From positions 1 to 40,797 of IMG/VR virus record IMGVR_UViG_3300045988_016629: a stretch of 40,797 nucleotides of DNA; one strand, written 5' to 3'. Origin of the DNA: a virus. Shown here piece after piece: positions 6,431 to 15,020 of the stretch (position 1 is its first letter; every line of letters begins with the position of its first letter). The notes beneath the pieces are model-generated. The model was not told where the DNA came from. It searched no databases and was given only the letters and a program-made list of their open reading frames with translations. The position numbers and the translations under genes were made by a program.

Positions 6431-7226
6431 TCCTCCTTATCTCTTTGTCTAACATGCTCTTAAATGTCCTTTCAAATTCCTTATCGCCCAAAGGCTCTTG
6501 GGTGTTGTTGTTTGCCATCTTTGCAAGATGATAAGTGATTTCTGGGTCAACGCCTCTAAGGAGTAGCCCACCGACAAACTCGGCAAGTGCGTTGTTTCGA
6601 CCTCCTTTGTCTCCAAAACCTAGTAAGATGCTCTCGAATAACTTTGTGGTTTTTGTACTTCTAACACAGTCACTAGCAAACGATGAGACTTCATAGCTTA
6701 ATGGTTCTGGTTTCATTTTCTGCAATACTTTTATCAACGCAAGAGGTGCTTCTGTTATGCTTCCATCTTTTGGCGAATGCACTGTATCCCATTCATAGTA
6801 TCCTTTGGAATTATTGGACGGTGGCACTAATATATAGTTATTAACGTGTGCCTTGATATCTACTCCCTCAATCATCCCAATATTTTGCGATATAGGATGG
6901 TTGGGGTCTTTTTTTAAGTAGATATGTCTCCCACCGCTGGGGGTTATAGCTTGCAATGTTGGGGGTATAAGTCTTGCATGTTCCCAATTCCTTAAATTAG
7001 TTAAACCGTCAACATCGCCATGCATGTCCACGTCAATGACAAAGAATGTATCTGTTTTAAGTGCAATGTTAGCATCTGGATTATCTCGCCACACCCTCCG
7101 AATGTCGTTTTCAGTCATTGGTGGTTTGTCAGCGAAAGAAATAAGAGGGGTTTTGCCATTCTTTGAGATAGGGATAACAGAATAGCCCATGCGTTGATAG
7201 TTGATTGCGTAATCAACCATCTCCAT
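6411..7226 (-). CDS. Bifunctional DNA primase/polymerase (Prim-Pol, AEP family)
   Basis: 271 aa. YSVIPISKNGKTPL, FVIDVDMHGD and GGRHIY are AEP catalytic motifs. Confidence 0.8.
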   Translation of the reverse strand: MEMVDYAINYQRMGYSVIPISKNGKTPLISFADKPPMTENDIRRVWRDNPDANIALKTDTFFVIDVDMHGDVDGLTNLRNWEHARLIPPTLQAITPSGGRHIYLKKDPNHPISQNIGMIEGVDIKAHVNNYILVPPSNNSKGYYEWDTVHSPKDGSITEAPLALIKVLQKMKPEPLSYEVSSFASDCVRSTKTTKLFESILLGFGDKGGRNNALAEFVGGLLLRGVDPEITYHLAKMANNNTQEPLGDKEFERTFKSMLDKEIRRIGLDND

Positions 7227-7228
7227 AA

Positions 7229-7684
7229 TTAGAATGGAAGGTCAATTTCTGAAATCTCAGTATTAACTTCTGGAAGTGGGATATCGGTAACTTCCAAACG
7301 TTTAACGTTTAGATTTTCGTAGGTTTTACCTTGCCACTCAGATTTTTCGTTTTTAACGGTAACTTTAAGAGCTTTTCCTTCCAACTGGTTGAGATAATCT
7401 TCCAAGCTACTAAATTTAGTACCATCAGGAATTCCTGAGGCTTTAGCAAGGTTCATGATAGAAGCTACTGGATATTTTCCGTCTTCTTTTTTAGCAAAGA
7501 TACGATAGAAAATAATGTTATTTTGGAATTCTTGTTGGAAGTCCTTGCGAATACGGAAACGGATGTCAAGGTAGTCAGCTCCTCCTTGAGTAGCATCTTG
7601 TTTTGCTAAATCAATAGTAACTTCGTAAGTACCGTCTTTGATAGATCCGAATTCTTTTGCTTGTGAGTAATCAATTGTAAACAT
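7229..7684 (-). CDS. DUF669-family protein (putative ssDNA-binding/replication accessory)
   Basis: 151 aa. N-terminus is MFTIDYSQAKEFGSIKDGTYEVTI. It holds the conserved position between helicase and Prim-Pol. Confidence 0.65.
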   Translation of the reverse strand: MFTIDYSQAKEFGSIKDGTYEVTIDLAKQDATQGGADYLDIRFRIRKDFQQEFQNNIIFYRIFAKKEDGKYPVASIMNLAKASGIPDGTKFSSLEDYLNQLEGKALKVTVKNEKSEWQGKTYENLNVKRLEVTDIPLPEVNTEISEIDLPF

Positions 7685-7690
7685 AGTTTT

Positions 7691-9022
7691 TTATCTCCAT
7701 ATATTTTTTTCTTTTTGTTGGTAATAAACCCAACCGGGCTTATATCCGTGTTGTTTAGCGAACTCTTTGAGTTCTTCTACTGTTTGGCATTGGTCACTAG
7801 TAACGAAAGTTTCAACTTTACTAGCAACCTCTTGCCGTCTTTCTTCGAGTTCTATTTCTCGAATTATTTCAACTTCTTCTTTTGTCGGTTTGTTTTCGTG
7901 ACCACACATCGGACAGATACGTTCAGCACTCCAAAAAGTTGCGTAACATTCATCACAAGTCCGAGTTGTTGGTTCACCGAGTTTAAGTTTTTTCTTGGTT
8001 TTATTAACACCTTTTAGTGACCATTCACGGTCGGCGTTTGGAAGTCCATGCCTATCTACATTTCCAACGTGGTCGATGATAATAGCTGTTTTGCCCTCTC
8101 TTGGGTTTAAAGCCCTCATGGCAAACTGTAAATAGAGTGATAACGATTGAGTAGGTCTTAACATGATGCAAACATCAACGTTTGGAAGGTCAATTCCTTC
8201 AGTGAATAGCTCACAATTAACCATTATTGTAAGTTTTCCGTCTCTAAAGGCTTGCATTGCCCTATCTCGCACCTCTGGTGGCGTTTTACCACTGATTGCG
8301 ATAGAAGTATAGCCTTGCTCGTTAAACGTGTTAGAAACGCTCTCAGAAGCTTCTACGCTATGTGTATATACTATAGCTTGTTTGCCTTTGGCTAACTTCT
8401 CATAGTGTCTTATAACGTCACCGTAAATCACACGTTTCATTGTGTCGTCTACAGATTTCTTAGTAAACTCTCCACCACGTTTTTTTAAGTTTGTGGTGTC
8501 AATTAAAGAAGGGGCGTAATATTTAAACGGTGCGATGTTTCCGTTGTCTTGTAGCCATTTTACTGGCTTACCAAGAACGATGTCGTCTGCGATATCATCA
8601 AACCCACTGCCATCTAATCGGGCAGGTGTACCAGTAAACATGAGAACAATGCTGTTAGAATAGTATTCGATAATTTTGAGATAGGTTTTAGCTTTAACGT
8701 GGTGAGCTTCGTCAATTAATATAATCGAAGGCTCTTGTATCCTATCTAGGTTTCGTGCTATCTTAGTAACACTATCAATGGTTACTAAGTTCATGTCAAC
8801 GCCGTTACGCTTAAAGGTATTAACTACTTGTTCATTGATTTCTTTTCGATGACTAAAGAACAGAATAGTGTTACCTTTATCTGTCGCACCTTTGGCAATG
8901 TGAGCCATCACCACGGTTTTACCGCTTCTAGGTGGTGACTGCACCATGATACGCTTATTACCTCTTAAGATTGATTGCTTGATATCATTAACAAGGTCAC
9001 TCTGGTAATTCCTTAGTTCCAT
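7691..9022 (-). CDS. DEAD/DEAH-box (SF2) helicase with C-terminal zinc ribbon
   Basis: Walker A SPPRSGKT, DEAH (LIDEAHHV), and CDECYATFWSAERICPMCGH. Confidence 0.85.
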   Translation of the reverse strand: MELRNYQSDLVNDIKQSILRGNKRIMVQSPPRSGKTVVMAHIAKGATDKGNTILFFSHRKEINEQVVNTFKRNGVDMNLVTIDSVTKIARNLDRIQEPSIILIDEAHHVKAKTYLKIIEYYSNSIVLMFTGTPARLDGSGFDDIADDIVLGKPVKWLQDNGNIAPFKYYAPSLIDTTNLKKRGGEFTKKSVDDTMKRVIYGDVIRHYEKLAKGKQAIVYTHSVEASESVSNTFNEQGYTSIAISGKTPPEVRDRAMQAFRDGKLTIMVNCELFTEGIDLPNVDVCIMLRPTQSLSLYLQFAMRALNPREGKTAIIIDHVGNVDRHGLPNADREWSLKGVNKTKKKLKLGEPTTRTCDECYATFWSAERICPMCGHENKPTKEEVEIIREIELEERRQEVASKVETFVTSDQCQTVEELKEFAKQHGYKPGWVYYQQKEKNIWR

Positions 9023-9698
9023 CTAAATCACCAAATTTAAAGAGGTCTTCAATCTTGCAAGCTGTTCGATTATCGAGGCGATTCTTAGCGTAAGTACCTT
9101 CGCTGCCTTCCAAAATAAGTCCACGTGCACCTGTTTTAGCATTAACCACAATACGTCCAACGACATCGGTAAGCCCTAATAGTTGGTTGAGTACACTAGC
9201 CCTAATCTGTGGTACATACTGAGTTAAAATCTGACCAGTTTCTAAATTGAGTTCGTGGGTGTCTTCCCAAGCTGTCACATAAATATTGATAGGCTTGCTG
9301 TAGATAACAGTCAATACTCTTAAGAAGTAATTTGTCCATTGAGAGTAATGTTGAAGCTCATTACTGATACCGTTCTTTGACTTGCGACCTTGCTCAATAA
9401 ACCAATCTGATTGAAAACTTGAAATGTTATCGATAACAAGGTTTTCATAGTTTTTGATTAAGTTATCTGCTTGGGTTAGAAACTCTGTGATAAATTCAGT
9501 TGGATGCTCACGGTCAAAATCTATGATATCCACGTTCTCAGTGCCAGCTAGCACTTTTGAAGAATTATCTAACGACAACACCAAAGTTTTTCCAGGCATG
9601 TTTTTTATCAGGGACGTTTTCCCTAATCCAGCCTTACCATAAATCAGTATTCGCCAATTCTTGGTTCGCTGGATATCTTTTGCTCTGATAATTCTCAT
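8997..9698 (-). CDS. AAA_24/RecA-like ATPase
   Basis: 233 aa with P-loop IYGKAGLGKTS and Walker B-like LVIDNISS. Confidence 0.8.
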   Translation of the reverse strand: MRIIRAKDIQRTKNWRILIYGKAGLGKTSLIKNMPGKTLVLSLDNSSKVLAGTENVDIIDFDREHPTEFITEFLTQADNLIKNYENLVIDNISSFQSDWFIEQGRKSKNGISNELQHYSQWTNYFLRVLTVIYSKPINIYVTAWEDTHELNLETGQILTQYVPQIRASVLNQLLGLTDVVGRIVVNAKTGARGLILEGSEGTYAKNRLDNRTACKIEDLFKFGDLDGTKELPE

Positions 9699-10168
9699 CT
9701 TATGTTAAGGTTTCTCCTTTCTTCAAGAGTAGCTCCCTCAATATGCTTTCCAGATTTAAGTAACTCTTTGAGTGTTTTCTTGTCTGGCTTATAAGTCGCT
9801 ATTTGATATTCCTTTGGAAGTTTCTCTTCGTTAACAACTACCGCTTTAGATTTATGAAAACCAATCTTAAATAGAGTGGTATCAACTCTGGTTTGACCAG
9901 TTTCAGTCATACTAATCGCAAGCGCTGCTTTTAGTTTGTCAATTTTTGATTGATCAGACTTATTTAATCCGTCTAAACGTTTCTTTTCGTTTTTTCGAGC
10001 TTCAATGTCTGCCTCAAGCGACTTAATGACTTTGACATATCCTTCTACCTTATTTTCATAATCACTAGTCCAGTCAATCGCTTCGAGTGTGTCGAGTTTC
10101 GTTTCATCGTCAATTTCCATGTTATAAATCTCTAGAAACTGACCTGTTAACTCATATAAAGTTGCCAT
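9695..10168 (-). CDS. Siphovirus Gp157 family protein
   Basis: Exactly 157 aa, coiled-coil, and the first gene of the replication module as in Sfi-type phages. Confidence 0.75.
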   Translation of the reverse strand: MATLYELTGQFLEIYNMEIDDETKLDTLEAIDWTSDYENKVEGYVKVIKSLEADIEARKNEKKRLDGLNKSDQSKIDKLKAALAISMTETGQTRVDTTLFKIGFHKSKAVVVNEEKLPKEYQIATYKPDKKTLKELLKSGKHIEGATLEERRNLNIR

Positions 10169-10283
10169 ATTTAATTCCTAACCTCCCTAATTGTTGTAAT
10201 TTTAAATGTTTTCATGGTATACTCCTTTTTAAGATGTTTTATTAAGCATAGGCCATTACCTGTGCTTTTTTTAGTGTTTTAAA

Positions 10284-10424
10284 TCATCCCACTAATTGAT
10301 CTAATGGCAATCCGTGGTCAGCGTTGAATCGCTCAGCTTTAGTTGTGTAAGATTCCCATTTTGGAATTTCATATACTTCTTCATTTTGCTTTTTGTTTGA
10401 AAAAATCCAGTTAAAAATTTTCAT
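10284..10424 (-). CDS. Hypothetical 46-aa protein (below the ORF-track cutoff)
   Basis: Hand translation gives MKIFNWIFSNKKQNEEVYEIPKWESYTTKAERFNADHGLPLDQLVG. RBS AGAGGAGAAACAAA precedes the ATG. Confidence 0.45.
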   Translation of the reverse strand: MKIFNWIFSNKKQNEEVYEIPKWESYTTKAERFNADHGLPLDQLVG

Positions 10425-10441
10425 TTTGTTTCTCCTCTTTA

Positions 10442-10705
10442 TTAAAATACATGGACACCGCGATCTTTCAATTTATCGCTTAAACGATTTTGAGCGTCGC
10501 CATCATATCCACAGATATAGAAACCAAGTCCCAAGTTCTCATTACTATATCTTTTTTTAACAATTTCGTTTTTGTAGATGTCTACAAATGCTTTGAGTTC
10601 TTCCAAGTCTTCACTGCATGGATAAAACAACCAGTCGTCGTCGACCACGACGTGCCAGTTATTACCCAGAACTGTCTGTATTTGTTTGTATTCGATATTT
10701 GACAT
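10442..10705 (-). CDS. Hypothetical protein (87 aa)
   Basis: ORF with RBS AGAGAAAGGAA, on the same strand as its neighbours. Confidence 0.55.
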   Translation of the reverse strand: MSNIEYKQIQTVLGNNWHVVVDDDWLFYPCSEDLEELKAFVDIYKNEIVKKRYSNENLGLGFYICGYDGDAQNRLSDKLKDRGVHVF

Positions 10706-10764
10706 TTTAATTCCTTTCTCTTATCCTAACCTCACTAGCTCCTTGGTGCGGTTATAGTGTTTAG

Positions 10765-11058
10765 TTATGCTATCTCTTGCCAATTGTTATTGAACCAATC
10801 TCTGACGGCATCCCGTGGATATCTAACTTGACTCCCACGACCTTTATCAATCTTTGGAAAACAGTCTAAATTGGTTATCCGAAGGAATTCGGTATAGTTA
10901 CCGATTCCTAACATTGCTTGGCACTGTTTAGCAGTTAAAATCAGTGGAAGTGTTTGATCTATGTCAAACGCTTTTGTTTTGTCTGCTATGACAGTTGTCA
11001 GCAGATTATCGAATCGGTCAGCCAATGGTTTGAATGGGTCAGTCATAGTCTTTTTCAA
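10765..11058 (-). CDS. Excisionase-like / MerR-type (HTH_17) DNA-binding protein
   Basis: LTAKQCQAMLGIGNYTEFLRI ... VRYPRDAVRDWF is the pattern of small Xis/AlpA-type HTH proteins. Confidence 0.55.
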   Translation of the reverse strand: MKKTMTDPFKPLADRFDNLLTTVIADKTKAFDIDQTLPLILTAKQCQAMLGIGNYTEFLRITNLDCFPKIDKGRGSQVRYPRDAVRDWFNNNWQEIA

Positions 11059-11066
11059 CCCCTATT

Positions 11067-11795
11067 CTAAAACGTTAAGCGTTCTTGATTGAGAAATTTA
11101 TTGATAAAATACTGCTGACCTTTGCCAGTAACTTTAGTGGTTGTGTTGGTCGTGGTATGTCCGTCAGCGTGGTTAATATTTGTCTTTTTCAACTCAAACA
11201 GACCTAACTGCATACTTTTTTGTGTTGGTTGATTCCATGAGTCACCACGTCTGCTAATTAGGTATCCATTTGAGCGTAGCCACTGAAATAGCTTGTTTTG
11301 ACCAATATTAATACCATTCTGTTTCAAGATTTTAGCTAGTTCGCCGATTAGACAAGATGACTTGCTAGCACTGACAGCGTCAGCAAACAGCACTTTAGGT
11401 CGGTCAGCTTCAATCTGAGCTTCTAGCTTATTGATTTTCTTGTCAGCCATAAGCAATGCTCTCGCCATTATTTTCTCTGGACTGTTGAAGTCTTTCTCAA
11501 CTTTGATGAAGTATTCTCTAACCTCATGTCCTTTATTTGTTTTTGACATCATAGCTAGATGTTCTGCCATGCGGATTGTAACAGCGTAATCTTGTAATTC
11601 TTTTGTTCCTCCATATTGATTTTGCTGTGTAGTTGTAACTACGGAGCTGAAATCTTCATTTTCTTTGAACATTTTGAAGTTTTGTTCAACCCATTGACTA
11701 AAGCGAGTTTTGACTTCTAATGTTTTATGCAGTTGTCTTGCGCTAACGATAGGTTCATTATTTTTGTCTAACGTTACATTAATAAGTTCATTCAT
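11067..11795 (-). CDS. Phage antirepressor (ORF6N/AntA N-terminal domain plus KilAC C-terminal domain)
   Basis: The long ORF (to 11930, 287 aa) overlaps cro. The ATG at 11793-11795 is preceded by AAAGGA at proper spacing. The KilAC-like block is ADAVSASKSSCLIGELAKILKQNGINIGQNKLFQWLRSNGYL. Confidence 0.8.
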   Translation of the reverse strand: MNELINVTLDKNNEPIVSARQLHKTLEVKTRFSQWVEQNFKMFKENEDFSSVVTTTQQNQYGGTKELQDYAVTIRMAEHLAMMSKTNKGHEVREYFIKVEKDFNSPEKIMARALLMADKKINKLEAQIEADRPKVLFADAVSASKSSCLIGELAKILKQNGINIGQNKLFQWLRSNGYLISRRGDSWNQPTQKSMQLGLFELKKTNINHADGHTTTNTTTKVTGKGQQYFINKFLNQERLTF

Positions 11796-11814
11796 CGTCA
11801 TTTCCTTTCTTAAT

Positions 11815-12042
11815 TCATTGTTGCATTTCGGGAACGGTTTGCTTAAAAAAAATTCCGATTTCATCCCTACCGTATCCCAGTAAGTCAGCAAGTGTGATAA
11901 GTTCGTCAGCGGTAAATGAGATTTTTCCATTCTCTCTCTTGTTGTACTGATTACGAGCCAATCCCATTAGCTCAGCCATTTTCGCTTGAGTATAACCTTT
12001 TGCTACCCGCTCGGCTTTCACACGAAGCAAATCAACTTTCAT
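11815..12042 (-). CDS. Cro-like XRE HTH regulator (75 aa)
   Basis: KGYTQAKMAELMGLARNQYNKRENG is an HTH. It is the first gene of the leftward early operon, divergent from the repressor. Confidence 0.8.
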   Translation of the reverse strand: MKVDLLRVKAERVAKGYTQAKMAELMGLARNQYNKRENGKISFTADELITLADLLGYGRDEIGIFFKQTVPEMQQ

Positions 12043-12093
12043 AGATTACCTCCGTTTATTTAGTTTTTATTGCTTGTTCCTTAGAACAATTAT

Positions 12094-12122
12094 AGTATAT
12101 CTAACACGTTCCCATTTGTCAA
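12094..12122 (-). promoter_or_regulatory. Leftward early (cro-side) promoter
   Basis: Minus strand reads TTGACA (12117-12122), a 17-bp spacer, then TATACT (12094-12099). The spacer contains the operator-like AATGGGAAC. Confidence 0.7.
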
Positions 12123-12149
12123 CACTAAAATAAAAAAAATATGAAAAAA

Positions 12150-12186
12150 GTTTATTTTTGGGAACATATTGTTTATTTTTGGGAAC
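12150..12186. promoter_or_regulatory. Operator repeats of the genetic switch
   Basis: GTTTATTTTTGGGAAC is repeated perfectly at 12150-12165 and 12171-12186 (21-bp phase). An inverted TGGGAAC core lies at 12108-12114. The palindrome TTGTTC-CTTA-GAACAA lies at 12074-12089. Confidence 0.6.
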
Positions 12187-12197
12187 TGTTGTATAAT
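12170..12197 (+). promoter_or_regulatory. Rightward (repressor maintenance) promoter
   Basis: TTGTTT (12170-12175), a 16-bp spacer, then TATAAT (12192-12197), overlapped by operator copy 2. Confidence 0.55.
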
Positions 12198-12228
12198 GTT
12201 TATACTATTAAATAAAGGAAAAAAATGT

Positions 12229-12579
12229 ATGAGAAACAACGATGAAATTATTTCACTAATAAAAAGCTATTTAGACAACAGTTCCATGTCAATGTCAGAA
12301 TTAGCAAATAAAGCTGGGATTTCAAAATCGACTTTATCAAGATATCTTTCAGGTAGTCGGGTGTTCCCGCTGAATAAAGCTGATGATTTCGCTCGCGCTT
12401 TAGGTTTAACAACAGAACAATTCTTGAATGTGAAACCTAGCCCGAAAGATATCTCTTCAACCGACATTGACGACATCATAGAAAATGCCATGATGTTCGA
12501 CGGAAAACCACTGACTGATGATGATAAGCGTGCTATCCGTGGTATTATTGCAGGTTACATGAATAGCAAGGAAAAGTGA
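12229..12579 (+). CDS. CI-like XRE HTH repressor
   Basis: HTH MSMSELANKAGISKSTLSRYLSG. I place the start at 12229 (AAAGGA RBS) because the upstream in-frame ATGs (12169, 12196) overlap the -10 element. Confidence 0.8.
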   Translation: MRNNDEIISLIKSYLDNSSMSMSELANKAGISKSTLSRYLSGSRVFPLNKADDFARALGLTTEQFLNVKPSPKDISSTDIDDIIENAMMFDGKPLTDDDKRAIRGIIAGYMNSKEK

Positions 12580-12585
12580 GAATTT

Positions 12586-12954
12586 ATGAATGAGAGTGAA
12601 TTGCTTGAACAGTTCGGCGTTTCTCTTTGTGAATTTAGCTCTAGCCAGTGGACTCGAGATGGGTTTCTAGACCCTGTTAATCGTGTGGTTTACATCAATA
12701 GGGATTTACCAACTGAAAGACGTTTAAAGGTGCTACTGCACGAATTAGGTCACTTAGAACACGACCCTAAACAATATGAGCGTCTGCGAGAGAAATACGA
12801 GGCTCAAGCAAATAGGAATATGATCCATGAACTGCTTAAAAACGAAAACCTAGATAATTTTAACTACGTCCATTTTATGGAAAAATATAACCTCACCACT
12901 ATTTGTGATGAGACTTTTGTGAAAAACGAATACTTAAAGTTAATAGAAACTTGA
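12586..12954 (+). CDS. ImmA/IrrE-type zinc metalloprotease (HEXXH)
   Basis: LLHELGHLEH motif, located immediately downstream of the repressor as in ImmR/ImmA pairs. Confidence 0.75.
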   Translation: MNESELLEQFGVSLCEFSSSQWTRDGFLDPVNRVVYINRDLPTERRLKVLLHELGHLEHDPKQYERLREKYEAQANRNMIHELLKNENLDNFNYVHFMEKYNLTTICDETFVKNEYLKLIET

Positions 12955-13037
12955 ATAAACAATTCGTAGATATTTACAAAATTTAAAACTACGTGCAAAA
13001 CTGAATCACGTTAAAAGCTGATGGAAGGATTCATATT

Positions 13038-13649
13038 ATGAAAGACGAAAAAAAAGTCTTAGGTATTTTAGCGATTGTTTTTGGTGGAATTTCCCTAACT
13101 ATTTCTTGGGTTCCTATTTTAAACAATGTTTCATTCTATATTGCTGTTATCTCACTGATTTTGGGTGTAATCGCGTTGATTGTTAACCGTAAAAACAAAA
13201 AAGTGCTTGCTATTGTCGGAACTTGTTTATCTGTTGCTTCAATCATCATTGTACTTGTGACTCAATCAATGTATAGTAGCGCTATAGATAATGCTAGCAA
13301 AGCAATCGATAAAGCTAGTTCGTCAATTGATGCTGAGTATAGCAAGTCATCTTCCGAAGAAGCTAGTAAAGAATCGGAAGCTGATGCAAAATTCAAGTGG
13401 ACTGACGCTTATTTTGATAGCATTGTAGACGGTACTACTACTTATGACGAGATTGTAGCAACTGTCGGTGAACCAAATAAAACTGAAACAGATACCGATT
13501 ATGATATTGATACTGATTCGAAAGTCCCATCTATGGATTGTGATTGGGATTTAGAAGATGGTTCATACTATGCTAGTGTTTCAATTCACTTTGTTCAAAA
13601 AAACGGAACTTATGTAGTTGATAGCAAAACTGGTTCTGGTCTTAAATAA
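13038..13649 (+). CDS. Integral membrane protein, candidate superinfection-exclusion factor
   Basis: 203 aa with three N-terminal TM helices, a Ser-rich linker and an extracellular C-terminal domain. It sits between repressor and integrase. I recall orf203 of Sfi21 being linked to superinfection immunity. Confidence 0.65.
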   Translation: MKDEKKVLGILAIVFGGISLTISWVPILNNVSFYIAVISLILGVIALIVNRKNKKVLAIVGTCLSVASIIIVLVTQSMYSSAIDNASKAIDKASSSIDAEYSKSSSEEASKESEADAKFKWTDAYFDSIVDGTTTYDEIVATVGEPNKTETDTDYDIDTDSKVPSMDCDWDLEDGSYYASVSIHFVQKNGTYVVDSKTGSGLK

Positions 13650-13655
13650 CAAAAA

Positions 13656-13703
13656 GCCCCACACTCTCAAATTTTGACAATCATGAGTGCAGGGGTTCTT
13701 TTA
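13656..13703 (+). terminator. Possible rho-independent terminator after the membrane-protein gene
   Basis: GCCCCACACTC ... GAGTGCAGGGG stem (4+5 bp with an interior mismatch and an 18-nt loop), followed by TTCTTTTATT. Confidence 0.4.
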
Positions 13704-13751
13704 TTAGAATTTTGGTTATTGTGTAAATCTATATTTTTGGGGGAGTAAACA

Positions 13752-14831
13752 ATGGCATCATACCGTAAACGCTCAAACGGATGGGAATATCGTATAAATT
13801 ATTACGATTCTACTGGTAAACGCAAACCGAAAACTAAGGGTGGTTTCAGGACTAAATCAGAAGCTATCAAGGCTGCTGCTGAGATGGAACTTAAGCTACA
13901 AGATAACGTCAATGTCGATGAAGATATTACTCTATACGATTATTTTAAACAGTGGTGCGAGGTTTATAAGAAGCCAACTGTTTCAAAAATAACTTATAAG
14001 GCATATATCAACAGTCAGCGCAAGATAGAGTTATTTTTCGGCGATAAGAAGCTAAAATCTATTACTGCCACTGAGTACCAACGTGTGCTGAATAGTTACG
14101 CTAAAACTCATGCTCAAGATACTGTCGAGCGTTTTAATGTGCATGTCAAGGCGTGCATTGAAATGGCTGTGCATGAAGGATATATCAAGCGTAACTTTTG
14201 CAAGTTTGCTAAAATAAACGCAAAGAACAAAGGGCGTGATATTGAAACGAAATTCCTAGAGGTCGAAGAATACGAGCGATTGATCTACGAGACAAGCAAG
14301 CATCCAGAGTATGCGTCTTATGCAGCACTCTATATCATCGCCAAAACTGGTATCCGTTTTGCTGAGTGCCTGGGCTTAACAGTGGATGATATCAAACGAG
14401 ATACTGGCATGCTATCAGTTAATAAAACATGGGACTACAAGAACAATACTGGATTTATGCCCACAAAAACAAAAAGCAGTATCCGAGAGATACCGCTTGA
14501 TGATGAATTTATAAATTTTATTGACCAACTGCCACCAACCGATGATGGTAGAATACTACCCTCACTATCCAACAATGCAGTTAATAAGACATTGCGTAAA
14601 ATCGTTGGTCGTGAAGTACGTGTCCACTCATTAAGGCACACTTACGCTAGCTATTTAATTGCCCACGATATTGACTTGATTTCTGTATCGCAAGTTTTAG
14701 GGCATGAAAATCTGAACATCACACTTGAAGTTTACGCTCATCAATTGCAAGAGCAAAAATCACGCAACGACGAAAAGATAAAACAAATGTGGACAGAATG
14801 TGGACGAAACGCTTTAAAACCGCATGGTTAA
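13752..14831 (+). CDS. int: Tyrosine site-specific integrase
   Basis: 359 aa with an N-terminal SAM-like/arm-binding region. The C-terminus HSLRHTYASYLI ... LGHENLNITLEVYAH gives the R..HxxR..Y catalytic pattern. Confidence 0.9.
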   Translation: MASYRKRSNGWEYRINYYDSTGKRKPKTKGGFRTKSEAIKAAAEMELKLQDNVNVDEDITLYDYFKQWCEVYKKPTVSKITYKAYINSQRKIELFFGDKKLKSITATEYQRVLNSYAKTHAQDTVERFNVHVKACIEMAVHEGYIKRNFCKFAKINAKNKGRDIETKFLEVEEYERLIYETSKHPEYASYAALYIIAKTGIRFAECLGLTVDDIKRDTGMLSVNKTWDYKNNTGFMPTKTKSSIREIPLDDEFINFIDQLPPTDDGRILPSLSNNAVNKTLRKIVGREVRVHSLRHTYASYLIAHDIDLISVSQVLGHENLNITLEVYAHQLQEQKSRNDEKIKQMWTECGRNALKPHG

Positions 14832-15020
14832 AGGCTTTAAAATGTCCCCTGCCAACGAAAATATATAAAATTTGAGAATAAATGAAGCTGTAAAGACTTA
14901 ATTTTACTAAGTTTTTATAGTTTTTATTTTTATTTATTTTCGTAGATTTTTGAAAAAGGTGGACAGAATTGTGGTCACCGACATACTAATAGACGGACAA
15001 GAAACCGATCATTTGAACGG
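14787..15020. other. Probable attP region (core not identifiable from this window alone)
   Basis: Noncoding stretch between convergent int and the acr operon. ATGTGGAC occurs twice at 14787-14805. GTGGACAGAAT is repeated at 14789-14799 and 14959-14969. The segment between is AT-rich. Confidence 0.4.

Noticed and set aside
10171-10215. 14-codon mini-ORF (MKTFKITTIREVRN) with a strong RBS upstream of the Gp157 gene
   Set aside because: It is too short to support as a gene. It may only provide translational coupling. It is mentioned under the antisense-unit finding.
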